Shown piece by piece: positions 1-54,144 of a DNA stretch of 64,000 nt. The notes below the pieces were generated by a model that worked only from the letters and a program-made list of their open reading frames with translations, ran no database searches and was not told the DNA's origin. Positions within the stretch are counted from its first letter, which is position 1. Each line of letters opens with the position of its first letter. The translations under genes and the position numbers were made by a program. Origin of the DNA: Macrostomum lignano (lineage: Eukaryota); assembly GCA_002269645.1 (NCBI GenBank), contig NIVC01001069.1, positions 62,001 to 126,000 of the forward strand, in the 5' to 3' direction.

Positions 1-90
1 ATGAGGATCGATGGGGATCGATGGGGATCGATGAGGATCGATGGGGATCGATGAGAATCGGTGGGGATCGATGGGGATCGATGGGGATTT
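1..90. repeat. 10-nt minisatellite (ATGRGGATCG)n, cut by window start
   Basis: Direct tandem copies visible. Confidence 0.9.
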
Positions 91-165
91 AAATAATGAG
101 AACAAGTTTAGTCAAATTCCCTGAAATACCACCAATTCAAGATGTATTTTGCATAAATTTTGCAG

Positions 166-41132
<40,967 letters not shown>

Positions 41133-42969
41133 CAGCAAGTATGGGGGATGCAAAAGGGTTGAGGCCAGCCATACAGGCGCCGTATTTGAGTACACGAGCT
41201 ACATGTGTACAAAATGTACCTGTGGCATTAAGTGCCTTTTGATGTACATGTGAAACGTTAAACTGAGGGCAGAATAATAAAAAACGGCCACCCAAGTGAT
41301 CCTCCATTTAGCAGCTATCCGAAATGCTGTGCAGTCAATCCTTCCAACCAATACAGCTGTTGCTTAGCGGCCAATGTCTTGCGTGAATAAGTTTGACAGA
41401 ATGTGCTTTTTCTCTTCTTATAAATGTGAAGGCATTATATCCAAGTGACCAAGCTGTAATATGCTTTAAGAGTGCATATACTAGATAGTAGCCGCAGCAG
41501 ATTTGCGTGTGTTCGGTATTTTCCGTTTTCAAATTGCATGTAAGTAATATATTCGTACCTTTTTAGTTTATATGACTACAGTACACTAGCACCATTTATA
41601 TATTCATGCTAAATAGTTACACTTCTGCGCCAATGAAACGCGTTTTTGCACGCCGAACAACATTATTACATGTTTCTCTGATCCAACGCTGTGTTTTCAT
41701 TGGTGCTACACGCGTTGTATTGTACACGTAGGTGAAAACGTCTTCTTGACACGAAACGCGCATAATGATAAAAATTGAAACTAATTTAGCAAGATTTTTA
41801 ATAGATGGAAATAAATTTATAAATTAAGATAACTTTGCTTAATATAATAAATAAGAGTAGGAAAAACTAGGCACATACAAAAATGAAAACAAAGATAATT
41901 ACAACTTAGTTAACGTTGTTTGTTTTAATTAGACCCCGTGTAAACAATGAGATGGCTAAACTAAAAAATGTTTGCACAGTCATAAAGACCATTCAGCATC
42001 ATTAACGACAATTAATGTTACAATGGAACCCTTTTTATTTATGAAAAGCTATGTAGCTCACTAAGCAATTTTCTGAGTGCATGTACTTTTGCATCGAAAT
42101 GACTAGTTTTTCTTATGAGTGTTACTGCTTTAAATTGCCCAGCTTTATTATTTGTTTTACTCTTCTGCTAAACGCGCAAGTTTTACTTACTAAGTTCTAA
42201 ACCGTGCACACACACGATATTAGTCTTTCATGTGAAACTGTCTCCAGATTTGCTGTTCCAACACACTTGAACACTGCTCTGTAACCTTGATCGAATATTT
42301 GTTATAAAGAGCATTAACGCTAGTGTAATAGTGGGAAGCACTTTTACATTTAATAATTAATCCTCTTCATTTGGCTATTAAAACGATGCTTATAATACAC
42401 AATACAATGACTAACCTTTCACTTAACTTAAAACTGTATTTTGCCTTACACGAACTAAACAAGTGATCTAGTGCAATTTTCTTCAGTCATTTTAAAGTAC
42501 CTTGTGGCTTTTCCAGCAGAGAAAAAAATGCACAAAAAACTATTTTGAAAGTCAAAATTTCATTCTTAATAGAGAGAAAAATGGATATTTTTAATTTTAA
42601 CTTTTTGTATTGAGTATAATAATCTTTAAAAAAACCATATCTGCATAAAAATTGATGCAAAAAGGACGTGAAAAAATCTGTGTAAATTTAAACAACGCAG
42701 AAACTCTATAATCATTATATTCACCTTCGGTTACAATACTTGGTCTGATAAACAAAATCAATCCAGGTACACAGCAAGAACACATTTGCATTTATGTACA
42801 AATGAGCTGCCTACACAGGGCCTCTTGAGTACAGCAGAATCTGACAGCACAGTTGGCGTGCATGTTGCTGCTTCTAGGGGAGTAAATGCTGATTAGGGGC
42901 GTTGCTGAAGCCTGAGGATCTAGCCGAGTACCGGCTAAACATCCAAGGGTCTGTAAAGTTGGTAGTGCT

Positions 42970-43565
42970 CAGCGACTGAGGATCTGCAAGGCTGGCTCAG
43001 CAACTGAGGATCATAGAGGCTGGCTTAGCAACTGGGGATCTGGGAGGCTGGCCCAACAACTAAGAAACTGAGGATCTGGGAGGCTGTCCCAACAACTGAG
43101 AAACTTAGGATCTGGGAGGCTGGCCCAGCAACTGAGGATCTGGGAGGCTGGCTCAGCAACTGAGAAGTGAGAAACTGAGGATCTGGGAGGCTGGCCTAAC
43201 AACTAAGAAACTGAGGATTTGGGAGGCTGGCCCAGCAACTGAGGATCTGGGAGGCTGGCCCAGCAGCTGAGGATCTGGGAGGCTGGCCCAGCAACTGAGG
43301 ATCTGGGAGGCTGGCTCAGCAACTGAGGATCTGGGAGGCTGGCTCAGCAACTGAGGATCTGGGAGGCTGTCCCAACAACTGAGGATCTGGGAGGCTGGCT
43401 CAGCAACTGAGGATCTGGGAGGCTGTCCCAAAAACTAAGAAACTGAGGATCTGGGAGGCTGGCTTAGCAACTGAGGATCTGGGAGGCTGGCCCAGCAACT
43501 GAGAATATGGGAGGGCAGCGACAGCCCAGCAACTGAGGATATAGGTGGGTGGTGGTGGCCCAGCA
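42970..43565. repeat. 28-nt minisatellite (CAACTGAGGATCTGGGAGGCTGGCCCAG)n
   Basis: About 20 degenerate tandem units. Confidence 0.93.
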
Positions 43566-45878
43566 ACTAGGGATGATAATTTTACTAGGGCGACTGTATA
43601 ACCAGAGTGATAAAAATCCAATTCTATTCTCAAGGTGGAATGTCAATGCAGCCAGACTGACCAACAGATCCCTGTTAGCATATATTAACAAACAATTAGA
43701 TTATGAACAAAATCTAAAAAAACAAGGACACCATGCACTAAATTTATCAGTTAAAAAAGGAAAGAATCTTGAATCACAGAAGAGATTTCAACAACAAAGT
43801 ACACAACAGCAAACATATGCCTACATAAATGTGTTCAGCAGAAAAAAATTGAACAAGGATTTGTACAAACAATTATTGAAAATAAATACATTTTAAACCA
43901 AATCCCTACTTTTTTCTAAAAATTGATAGAAAAAAGTATTTGGACACGGATAATATGAAACAAATTATATATACAAAAAACTAATAGTGAATAAATAGGC
44001 TCAGAAAATACCACAGCTAAGAAGCAAATAGTTTAAACCAAAAATTGGAACCTTCAATAAAAATATATTAAAAAAACAAAAATGGGATTTTAATATGATT
44101 AATACAGTATTTATATACAGCCATAAACATAATCCAATAATTAACAATTTACAATCATACTGTATGATCATATACTACAAAGTCCATTTACTTAATGGCA
44201 CAAACAAAAGTGCCACAACCTTTAATGTCATATTGTCTTTAGTGTCCACCTTTATTGTCTTATATCTGAAAGCAAAAATGTTTTATAGATAAGATTTTGT
44301 TATTTTATTAGTCTATTTATAGACATGTTTCCTGAGTAAAAACATTAGTAATATTGCAACAAGTAAAGGTTAAAAATTTATCTTAGATTTTGATAGAATC
44401 CTACAATATGAAAATTTCATGAAGGTCACTTAGAGTTACAAATGCAAAAATTACTGACATCTATATCTATAGCTATATCTAATTTTCCTATAGCAAATCT
44501 ATATCTAAAGCTAATTAATTTCCTAAAACTTGCCCTATAGTACTATAATAATACCAATAGTTTCTTCATTATTTACTATAATATAATGGGAGAATAAAGA
44601 ATAACAATAATAGTTTAACCTATCACTTATTAACAATATCTAATTTATATATTGTATAAGAAACAAGAATGGCTAAGGTTATATCTATCCCATAGTCCAG
44701 ATTATGCTAGGTGCATGCCTAAACAAAAATTGAATAATTATAAATGTATGCCAAAAAATTGCTTGCCTGCCTATTCTGAAAATTATGTCAGTGTTGTGAC
44801 ACTAAATAAGTTTTTGAATTGTATAAAAACCTTTTTGGCAGATAATTTGGTTGATTTTTATAGTTTTTCAAGGATACTATTTATAGTAGAAAATTGATAC
44901 ATGCAAAGATTTGTTTAAATACTTTAATATAAGCTTAAAAGCTTGAAAGCTTGAAATTGAACTTAAAAAGAAACTTTTTGCATCTTTTTTCTACTTAACA
45001 CTAACTCTTCTACGTGATTCTATAAAGTGCACACCAGGTATGCATGCATACTATTTTCTTTTGAGTGATGCATACCAACTGTGTATGCTTAGCCTACTTT
45101 TAGCATGCAAGGCCAATGCATGCCCAATTTTTTTGGCATATACACACTATATGATTTAGAACATAGGCCTAGTATTTATTATTTATACTATATAAGTATA
45201 GACCTAGAATCTTAAACCATGGCCATGGGAATTAAATAGCTCTTTTCATTTATATTGAGAATAAATAGGCCTATTTATCTCTTTGAATTGAAAGAAAGAT
45301 AAGAATTAAGATAGGCTATCTTAATGAGTTATAAAAAATGTAATAGGCCTCATTTTTATGCCATTAGTTTCTAGGAATTGTGCATTTTGAAAGTACTACT
45401 ATTGTTATACTGTACAAAAATTATAAACATTTTCCATAAGCAAAATATTCTGTATATTTTGAATATTATCATTTGTTATAAACTGTATCACAAAACTTTA
45501 CTATAAAAGGGAGCCTGCTGGATGCCAAGAAAAATGAATCATTTTCGTCTTCATTTTTGTTTCAGTTTACCTTGTCTGTCCTCTTGCTTTAAGCTTGAAA
45601 TTGTTCTAGTATCTTGAAATTGAAGCCTTATTCAATACTTATTGATTTAGTTATTTAGGTAAAAGCATTAAGAAGCCCCAAAATTGGGAGAGTTCAAACC
45701 GTTCTTAGAAGGATGAGAAATCTAGATCTAGAATCTGAGAATTCACCTTTAGAAGGCAGAAATTCTACCACAAGATAGAGAAGTCCAGACTCAGAGTCAG
45801 AGAAACCCACCACAGGGCAGAAAACCCAGCAAGTAAGCTGTGACCCTCTGATCCCAGGAACACCCAGGAGTCCAGGAC

Positions 45879-46072
45879 CAGTGGCATAGGGAGGGGGGGG
45901 ATCATGGGGGATGTATCCCCCCTTCGAAGAGCCTGACCAAAACTTTTTTGTTGCACTTTTTCATTATACATGCTACCATGTGAGCACTTTTACCTTGGTG
46001 TATCCCCCCCCCGTAGGAAATTCACCTTGGTGTATCCCCCCCCCCCGTAGGAAATTCCTGGCTACGCCCCTG
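45879..46072. mobile_element. 194-bp hAT-like MITE
   Basis: Imperfect TIRs CAGTGGCATAG / CTACGCCCCTG; 8-bp TSD TCCAGGAC (45871-78, 46073-80). Confidence 0.8.
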
Positions 46073-47479
46073 TCCAGGACTGAAAGAATAATAGGCCCTA
46101 TCTTTGTAAAGGTATAGGAATAGGATAGACAGTGCCTAAAAGACCACTTAGGACAGAAAGTACAATAGAAGTACACATGCTACTAGTAGAAGTATACGCT
46201 ACTAATAGAAGTATATACACTATCAATAGAAGTATAGATGCTACCAATAAAAGTACATACACTACCAATAGACGTATATCAGTACATGCGCTACTAATAA
46301 AAGGCAAGTAATAACCAGTAAGATTAATAAGAAGAAATAATCCTAGGACAACAAACAACTTTGGTGGCAGCTTTAAGACATTCAATAATAGGAATTAGAA
46401 AAGTAGCCCTATAACAGAAACATAGAAATTGTAACACCTAATCCTAATGCTATTATTATAAATACAAATATTTAAGATAAAATTTATAATTATATAGAAT
46501 TTTAGGATATTTTATATAGTATACTATATTATATAGGCCTATCAATTAAATTAGGCCTAAATTGGTAAAAAATATTCTCCCAATAGGCCTAATATAAAAT
46601 AAAGAGAAATCTACAGAATAACACCAAGAACATTAACTTTGGTTTATATAAAATGTGTTATTCTTTCTCTAGGACTTATACTAGGCTTAGACCTAGGCCT
46701 AGTACAATGGACTGAGAGGCCAAGGGGAGAAAAGGTCAAACTGTCAACCATCTATGAATCTAGCATAAAAATTGGCAATAAGAATGTAATTTTACATAGT
46801 TTTTTATTTCAACAAATAATATTCTCTTTGTTACATTATACAAAAATAAAAACATAAAAAATATCAAAAAGAATAAAAAAGTAAAGTTGCTAAGGCTGTG
46901 ATAGGCCCTATGTGTGGGTTCTTCTCCCCGACAGATAGGGCCTTTTCATATTGCTTGTTCTGGTTCCAGAACCAAAACCAATTTGTGAAGTATAACTTTT
47001 TGTCTCCATAACTAGAGGGAGATACGTGCTATAAAGTTTTTATTATTGAATGACAATCGCCAAGAAAAAGTGAAAAAAGTGAGGCTGTTAAGGCAGTCAA
47101 ACATTCAACAGAATTAAATAGTTATACTGCTGTTTTTCTTGGAAGATCCGAACCGATTCTGATTTTGAATTGGTAATATGAAAAGCATCATTCCCGACAG
47201 ATATTTTTTCCTTCGAACAGATAGTTCAAACAAAAATGAATTCATGTTTCGGGATACATTCCTTATTCTGACGCCATATTCAGCTTTAAAAATTTGTGAG
47301 CAGAAATTTTCTGTCCCAAAGGAAAAAACATCAGCACGAATGCAAAGTGTGTCGAAAGACGAATTCATTTGGCACCCCTTACAAACACATAATTGGAAGC
47401 AAATATCTCGAGAAATACAAAAGGCAACCAGGTCTACGACGTTTGCCTGCGGGACGTTTGCCAGCCGACGTTACTACTA

Positions 47480-47952
47480 AGGACTGCCAGATAGGGGGTT
47501 TTTGGAGGTGGGGTGGGTGTCAACCCTCCTCGCCTCTCATTGGTTGGCGCTCGGCGCGCGCGCCACAGGCGCGTGGCGCCAAGCGCCATTCAGGCGCCCA
47601 TGCCGCAGGCGCACCCCCCCCTCCCCGAGCTACAGGCGCGCCCTCCGCAGGCGCACTCCCCGCCGCAGGTGCCCTCCCGACATGTACGGCGCTCATGCCG
47701 CAGGTGCCCTCCCAGCCGCAGGCGCCCTCCGAAGGTGCCCCTCCCCGCCGCAGGCGCCCTCCCCGCCGCAGGTTCAGGCGCCTATGCCGCAGGCGCACCC
47801 TCCCGAGCCACAGGCGCGCCCTCCGCAGGCGCACTCCCCGCCGCAGGTGCCCTCCCGACATGTACGGCGCTCATGCCGCAGGGTGCCCTCCCAGCCGCAG
47901 GCTGCCTCCGAAGGCGCCCCTCCCCGCCGCAGGCGCCCTCCCCGCCGCAGAT
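47480..47952. repeat. GC-rich repeat block (CGCAGGCGCCC cores, ~184-nt duplication), probably a non-autonomous DNA element end
   Basis: Segment starting 47601 repeats at 47785; begins with AGGACTGCCAGAT, reminiscent of hAT-type termini (inference). Confidence 0.6.
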
Positions 47953-48950
47953 TACCTGCTGTGCAGATTGGTGTGCTCTCAAGGGCGTGGATCGCCGCTT
48001 GACCGAGTGGAAGATCATCTCCTTCCCCCAGACGCGCTGATTGTACAGCTCCATGGCGCAGGAGCTGATGGCGAGAACTTCGTTCTGGAAATCGGTGGAG
48101 CAGGTGCCGGTGTGCTAGGAAGAAGCTGCCACAACAGTTCTCCCTCCAGACACGATGCAGTAGCCGTAGCCAGAGGCGGAGTTGATTTAGGACCCGTCCG
48201 TGAAGCAGTTGATTTCACGGGGTTTCCGGTTGTCCCTAGCCTCATGGCGTGGTGGAATGCTGGTTTTGAATTTGAGCGGAGGGCAAAGCGTGGGCGGGAT
48301 TCCGTCCGAGAGGGTCAGCAGGCTTCCTACTGCTTCCAGGTCTCTCGCGGCCGGAGGTTCTGCTTTTTGAAGGCGAACTGCTTCTGGATGGGGACACCCG
48401 CGTCAAGCAGACGGCGGGTCGGGTTGGTCTTCTTTGCCTGCCCTCTGACAAAGAGGTTAAGTGGGGATGTCCAGGAAGGAGTTCATACCAGCACAGGGTG
48501 TAGAGGGATCCGTGCTCATGATAGTTCGACAAGCGCGGCCTTGCACCCTGTTAAGAGCATCGAGAACCCCTTTCACCTCTAGGGAACTGTTCCAAATGAA
48601 GCCGGCGAAGGAGATGGCCGGTCTCACGATGACAGAGTAAATCCACCAGAGGCGACGGGGTGTGAGGCCCCAGGTAGCGCCAAAAGCTCTGCAGATCTGC
48701 GCGAGAATCGCGAGAGCTTTGCGGGCTTTGGTTTGGACGTGTGGAGTCCAGTTCAACCTGTGGTCGAGAGGGTGATGCACAGACATCTGGTTTGTTTTTC
48801 CATGGCAACGGGTTTGCGATAGAGGGAGAGCGGTTCGATCCTCCAGTTTCGGCGACTGGTGAACATAATAGCCACGGTTTTAGACTCAGAGAACCTGAGA
48901 CCGCAGCTCCAGGTCCAGCCTCAGCAGCTATGCCACGCTTTGATGCTGCT
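47953..48950 (-). mobile_element. Degenerate LOA/R1-like LINE fragment (RT thumb to RNase H start)
   Basis: HRLNWTPHV...GATWGLTPRRLWWIYSVIVRPAI...QGRACR; RNase H CFTDGS followed by a stop. Confidence 0.85.
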
Positions 48951-49412
48951 AGTAGATACATGTAGTTCGGACACTTTCGGTTACACCGGTTGCTTTGATA
49001 CCTTTTACTGTTGCTAAATGCCTGCGGCGCCAAAATGAGCGATGAGAACACCGATTCTGAAAAAAATGTACGTGTACGAATTCAGTCATGTACATGTACA
49101 TGTAGAATTCCCGGCTTTGTCCCCCCCCACCATAAAATCCATGGCGACGCGGCCCTGGCCAATTCACCAGACCTGGCACCCTCACACTTTATAATTACAT
49201 GTAAGCTGCTCTGTCAACTTTTGCATGTAAATAAGCGGCTGCTCCGTGGGCCCCATTTCGAGTCTAACGAAGAGCTAAGTCTCTAGGAACCTTGCCAACC
49301 AGTGGCTGGAGAATCAATCGTCAAAGTTCTACACGTACACATACATGTACACCAGCGACATCCGGGCGCTGCGCGACAGATTTCAAGAAGTGTGAATTGA
49401 TCGCCAGGGAGG

Positions 49413-49500
49413 TTGACTTAACTTGATTTAGCTGCAGGGGGCGTCCGGCGGATGCAGCGAGGAGGCGGAGGAGACCGCGATTCCGCTAGCCCCTGGCGAC
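49413..49500 (-). mobile_element. Isolated 3' UTR and tail of the LOA/R1-like LINE family
   Basis: TTGACTTAACTTGATTTAGCTGCAGGG plus GC stem-loop similar to 60846-60915. Confidence 0.7.
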
Positions 49501-49609
49501 CAATGACTTCCATTGAAGTGACGTCGCTCTTATTTTTTATTAGAGGCAGGGGGGTTGTGTGCACCCTGGCGCACTTTAAGCGACACAGGCACACAACCGG
49601 CGAGAGGCA

Positions 49610-50600
49610 TTACTGCCCATTCCGCCGACGTCGCTCAGGGGGACCCGTCGGTCTCGCCTGCAGCGCGGTCCTTCTCACCGGCGGTGGGGAAGAAATAAGC
49701 TCGTCCCGTGTCCCTGAGGTACCGGGCAAGCAGCGGGATGCTCTCGGGCCTGCAAACGTCGGAGGGAACGGGGTTTGGCCCGAGGTGAATGAGCCTGGCC
49801 CTGGTGAAGATCGGGCAGTGGCAGATAAAGTGCTCGGCGTTTTCACTGCCTGAGCGGCAGAAGGGGCACCGCTCCTCGGGTACTTGGCCCTGAAGGAAGC
49901 TGCCTTTGGCGCAGCTCTGCCGCGCAGGAGCTGATGGCAAGCACCTCGCTCTGAAAAACACTGCAGTTGAGCCCAGTATGCTGAGAGTAGCTCCACACCA
50001 CTTCTCCCTTGAAGAAGACGCAAGCTCCGAAGCCTGAAAGACCATGCCTCATAGAGCCGTCAGTGTAACAGTGGACTTCAGAATCGCTTCAGCTGTCACT
50101 TGCCTCGTGTCGAGGCTGAATAGTGACCTTATACCTTTGGCTGGGATCGGCTGGGAGGAGAAGGGTGGCTGGGATCGAGTCCGTGAGGATGTTGAGCCCG
50201 CCACACTCCTCGAGAGTCTTGAGGCAGAGGTCAGAGTGCGGGATAAGCGACCGCTTCTTAAAGGCCCGCACTTTCTTGAAGGCCACCCCAGCATCCAGAA
50301 GACGCCAAGTGCTCTTCGCCGTCTCTACTTTGATGTAAATATCCAGAGGAGGGGCACAGAGAAAGGCATTCATGCCTTCAAAAGGAGTAGAGGGTGTAGC
50401 GCCCATAGTCATGCGGCAAGCTCTGCCCTGGATTTTGTAGAGAGCGTCGAGGCTGCTCTTGACGCTCAGAACGCTGGCCCACACGAGGCTGGCGTAACTG
50501 ATCGAGGGGCGGATTATGGCAGTGTAAATCCACCACAGCTTCCTGGGGGTGAGCCCCTAGGTGGTGCCCACGGCGCGCCTGATCTGGACCAGGACAGCAG
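49610..50600 (-). mobile_element. Internally deleted LOA/R1-like LINE fragment
   Basis: [15 protein letters not shown] region, QGRACR, RNase H N-half (SVFQSEVLAISSCAAEL) joined directly to the CCHC knuckle CPFCRSGSENAEHFICHC. Confidence 0.85.
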
Positions 50601-50789
50601 GGCTTTTTTTAGCAGTTTTCAAATGCAAGTACATGTAAGCCTAGAGAGGGCATAATTCTTTAACCCATTGCCGCACACAGATGTCCGGCTGGCAAACGTC
50701 GGCTGGCAAACGTCTGATGGCGAACGTCGTCTCGCAAAAGTCGGCTGGCGAACGTCGCTATCCCTTACATCAGCAGTGTATTTAAAGAT

Positions 50790-50985
50790 GAAAAGTTAGC
50801 GTCAGCAAAATTTCACATTGGCAATGTATTTTGAACGGGAAAAGTTAGCGTCGGCAAAAGTTTACGTCGGCAATGAATTTTGAATGGGAAAAGTTAGCGT
50901 CGGCAAAATTTTACGTCGGCAATGTATTTTGAATGGGAAAAGTTAGCGTCGGCAAAATTTTACGTCGGCAATGTATTTAAATGCA
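50790..50985. repeat. 49-nt tandem repeat, ~4 copies
   Basis: AAAGTTAGCGTCGGCAAAATTTTACGTCGGCAATGTATTTTGAATGGGA at 50841, 50890, 50939. Confidence 0.85.
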
Positions 50986-51258
50986 AACAGTATATACATG
51001 TAGTTGCGCACAGAGACAGAGGTAAGGAGTGTCGAGTGAGTCATCAATGCAGAACCACGCCATTTGCTTAGTTTGCCTTGCTTTTTATTGGTAAGGCGCC
51101 TTGTGGTGGCCTTGGGGATTTCCCTGTCAGCCACTCCATTCTATTTGTCATCAGTGTGCAGCCACCCCACCCCCTCTATGTACATTTTAACGTCAGTTTA
51201 ACGTCGGTAAAAACCGATCGGCCAAAGTAATATACATGAACTATGCTTCACTTTTCAG

Positions 51259-51880
51259 ATCATTGTCAATTGTTGGATCAGTGACTGGGCTGAGCAAAGG
51301 AAGAAAAATGAAAGATTTAATGGTAATAGAGAGTGCCCTAATATTTTTATATACTTAATTATATGAATCAAGAATCGAGTAGGGGGCTAGCTAGGGGCCT
51401 AACTTAACCATTGTATTATAGACGACACATGCGCGGATTTTTTCACCCTAGAATATTTTCATGATTCTACACCCTAGAACTGGCCAAATTCTCTTCACAA
51501 TTATACTGAAATCTGTAACAGATGATCCAAGGAATTCTAAATCCTACTGGATTGACAACTGAAGTAGCGGTGAGGACTTTTTTATACAAGATGAGGCTTA
51601 CTGCGACTGCCACAGACACAGGATTTTGTTTACCGCATCAACTTAGATTGCCACTAAGAAGAATCAGCATCTTCCAATCAAAGGGAGACATTTTATCTCG
51701 TGATGGACCTCGTGCTGACAGATCATGGTGACTTTCCATTTGGTAGGACACACTGCACCGCTGGTCATGATCCGGTCCGCAAGATCATCAACAGGTTTTT
51801 CAATTGCATGTCCAAGATGCTAACAAAGCAGACCAATCAAGCTGAGACAAAGCAAACAAAGTGAAGAGGAAGTTGACGAG
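51259..51880 (+). pseudogene. Possible spliced relic of a DNA-transposase C-terminus (P-element/THAP9-like)
   Basis: Two exon-like pieces (IIVNCWISDWAEQRKK; DDPRNSKSYWIDN*...HCTAGHDPVRKIINRFFNCMSK) with stops; family call rests on loose motif resemblance only. Confidence 0.25.
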
Positions 51881-52509
51881 AGATTGATTTTGATGCGTGG
51901 TGCCCGCTAACAATTTTGCGTATAGCCAGACTGGCGTAACTGGCCTGGCAAAAGTGAGATTCATTTAGTTTGATTGCTGTATTCTTTCTTTGCTTGCCAG
52001 ACATTTTTTTTAAATTTTGCTTGCAGTTTTCGTTTCTTTTTGTTTACTCTTTGTTACAGTTTCTCAATACACTTTATAAGCCATCTACTCTTGCTTTGCT
52101 TGCTTGAAATACTCGTGCCTACTTGTTACATCTAGAAATTGATATAATTTCAACGTCTTCTAGTGTCGCGTTTCATTCCTCTGCTTTTGTTATTGTTTCG
52201 GAAATATACGAGCGTACTTTGAAATACGATCCTTCTTTTTAAATACTCTGTGTTTACGTCGCACGCTTGCGATCTCTAATCTTGGCCTCATCTTGTATAG
52301 CTGATATTTCAGTTGTCATTCCAGTTGCTAGATTTAGAATTCCTTGGATGATCTATGACAGTTTAAGTTAAATTTTAAGATGAAAAAATAGGTTTAATTA
52401 AACTCAATGAACCAATAATGCTAGTTAAAAATCAATTTGTCTCTAAATATTGCATTTTCAAACTAATAAAATACTTGCGTACGATAAAACAAAAAATGTT
52501 TTTACCTTA

Positions 52510-54050
52510 GCAACCTGAACGGACCGTGCAAGGTGAGCAGCAGGACGTCCTGAACAGGTTGGGGGCAGTAGCCCTAGGCCCGGATCACGTAACCCGCCAG
52601 TTGAAGTCGCCGCCGGCGCAGGATGATAGACGGGCGCTGCAGCTTGGCCCGATCATACAGGGTCTCGGTCCCGACGCTCTCGTCAGCTCTCGGAGCAGCC
52701 CTGAGTGCGCCGAGTCCAACTGCCGCTCTAGCGTAGCCGTCAGCGTCCACGTCTCGGCGTTGTAGAGCAGGACGGTTTCGACCACCGCCTGCCACAGCCG
52801 AGCCCTCTGGCGGTCGGGCAGCGCTTCGGACTGGAGGACGGCTCGGATCGAACAAAAGGCCGCCCAGGCAAGTCCTCTGCGCCGCCGGAGGTCCTCTTCC
52901 ACGTGGGGCACCAGACCGCTGAGGTAGGTGAACCGCTGGCAGCGTGCAAGCCTGGTCGTCTGCCCTTCTGCGCCGCGGCACATCAGGTCCACTGGGATGT
53001 CGGCCGGCACAGTCAGCACTTTGGTCTTCAGCGTGTTGACGATCAGACCGACACTCGATGCCACCTCGACCAGCCTGTCGATCTGGCGCTGGGCGACTTC
53101 AACGGACGAGGACAGGAGGGCGAGGTCGTCGGCGTAGCCAAGCACGCCTAGGCGCTTTTCGCCGTGGCGGCGATCGATGCGTCTGGAAGCCGTCATTAGC
53201 CGAGGGGAGTGAGGTCCGAAGCACCCAGTCCAGCAGCAGCACGAAGAGGAACGGCGCTAGCGTGTCGCCGTGCAGAACTCCTGATGAAGTATCGAACAGG
53301 TCAGACAGGCCGTCCACCGTCACCACAGCAGCTCGAGTATCGCAATACAGCACCATGACAGCGTCGATTAGCTGCTGGGGTACCCGCTAGGCTCGAAGGA
53401 CAAAGGGAAGCGCGGCTCTCAACACTGAGTCAAACGCCTTTCGAAAGTCAACGAAGACAATGATCAGCGTAGACTGGCGGATGCGCGCCTTCTCGATGAC
53501 ACGGCGGAGTGCGAGGATCTGTGTCACTGTACCGCGTTGCGGCCGGAATCCGTTCTGCTCGTACCGCAGGTACGGGTCCAGCACCGACTGCAGACGATCG
53601 AGCAGCAGCCGGTTGAAGAGCTTCGCGGTGCAGGACATCAGCGAGATCCCGCGGTGGTCTTCTTTCCGCGTTGTCCCTGCCTTCATCGGGATCGGCACGA
53701 TGTGCGCGACGGTCGACTCGGTAGACGCAGGAGCGCCGGCGGGCACGCGGTTCATGACGCCTGTGACCTGGGAGGCCACACAGCGGAGCCGCAGCGCTTC
53801 GACCGGGACTTCGTCGGGGCCGAGCGCCTTGCCGCCTGATGTTTTCCGCGCGTACAGCACAACGTCCTGCGTGGTGACTGGTCTGGTGCAGATATCCTCC
53901 TCAGCTGGGAGCGGCGTGTCCAGTGGGAGCGCAAAGCTAGCGGGCAGCGGCGACGCGGGCGCGTTCACGATGCCGGCGAAGAAGGCGGGGTCAGGCCCGA
54001 ACCCGCCGATACGTGGACTGCCTGCTGTGCGACGCTGGGGCGCCCGACAC
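52510..54050 (-). mobile_element. 5'-truncated, disrupted RTE-clade non-LTR retrotransposon (RT)
   Basis: KALGPDEVP, HRGISLMSCTAKLFNRLLLDRL, QNGFRPQRGT, FVDFRKAFDSV, GVLHGDTLAPFLF, YADDLALL; in-frame stop at 53387 and a frameshift near 53196. Confidence 0.9.
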
Positions 54051-54144
54051 TGCTAACGGAGCGGACTTTATTCGCTCCCAGGCTCTGCGGCGCGCCATCT
54101 GACGTGCCCTGCTCTAACTGTGACTGTGCATGCTGGGTCGCGTA

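Noticed and set aside
43549-44900. Degraded 7TM or other protein-coding gene in the CpG-poor block
   Set aside because: Hydrophobic stretches fall in different frames with many stops; AT-rich DNA yields such peptides by chance.
47296-48582. 428-aa plus-strand ORF
   Set aside because: Composite of a GC-rich repeat and the antisense strand of a LINE fragment.
50660-50790. piggyBac-type left end (TTAA-CCCATTG)
   Set aside because: No matching right TIR plus TTAA was found.
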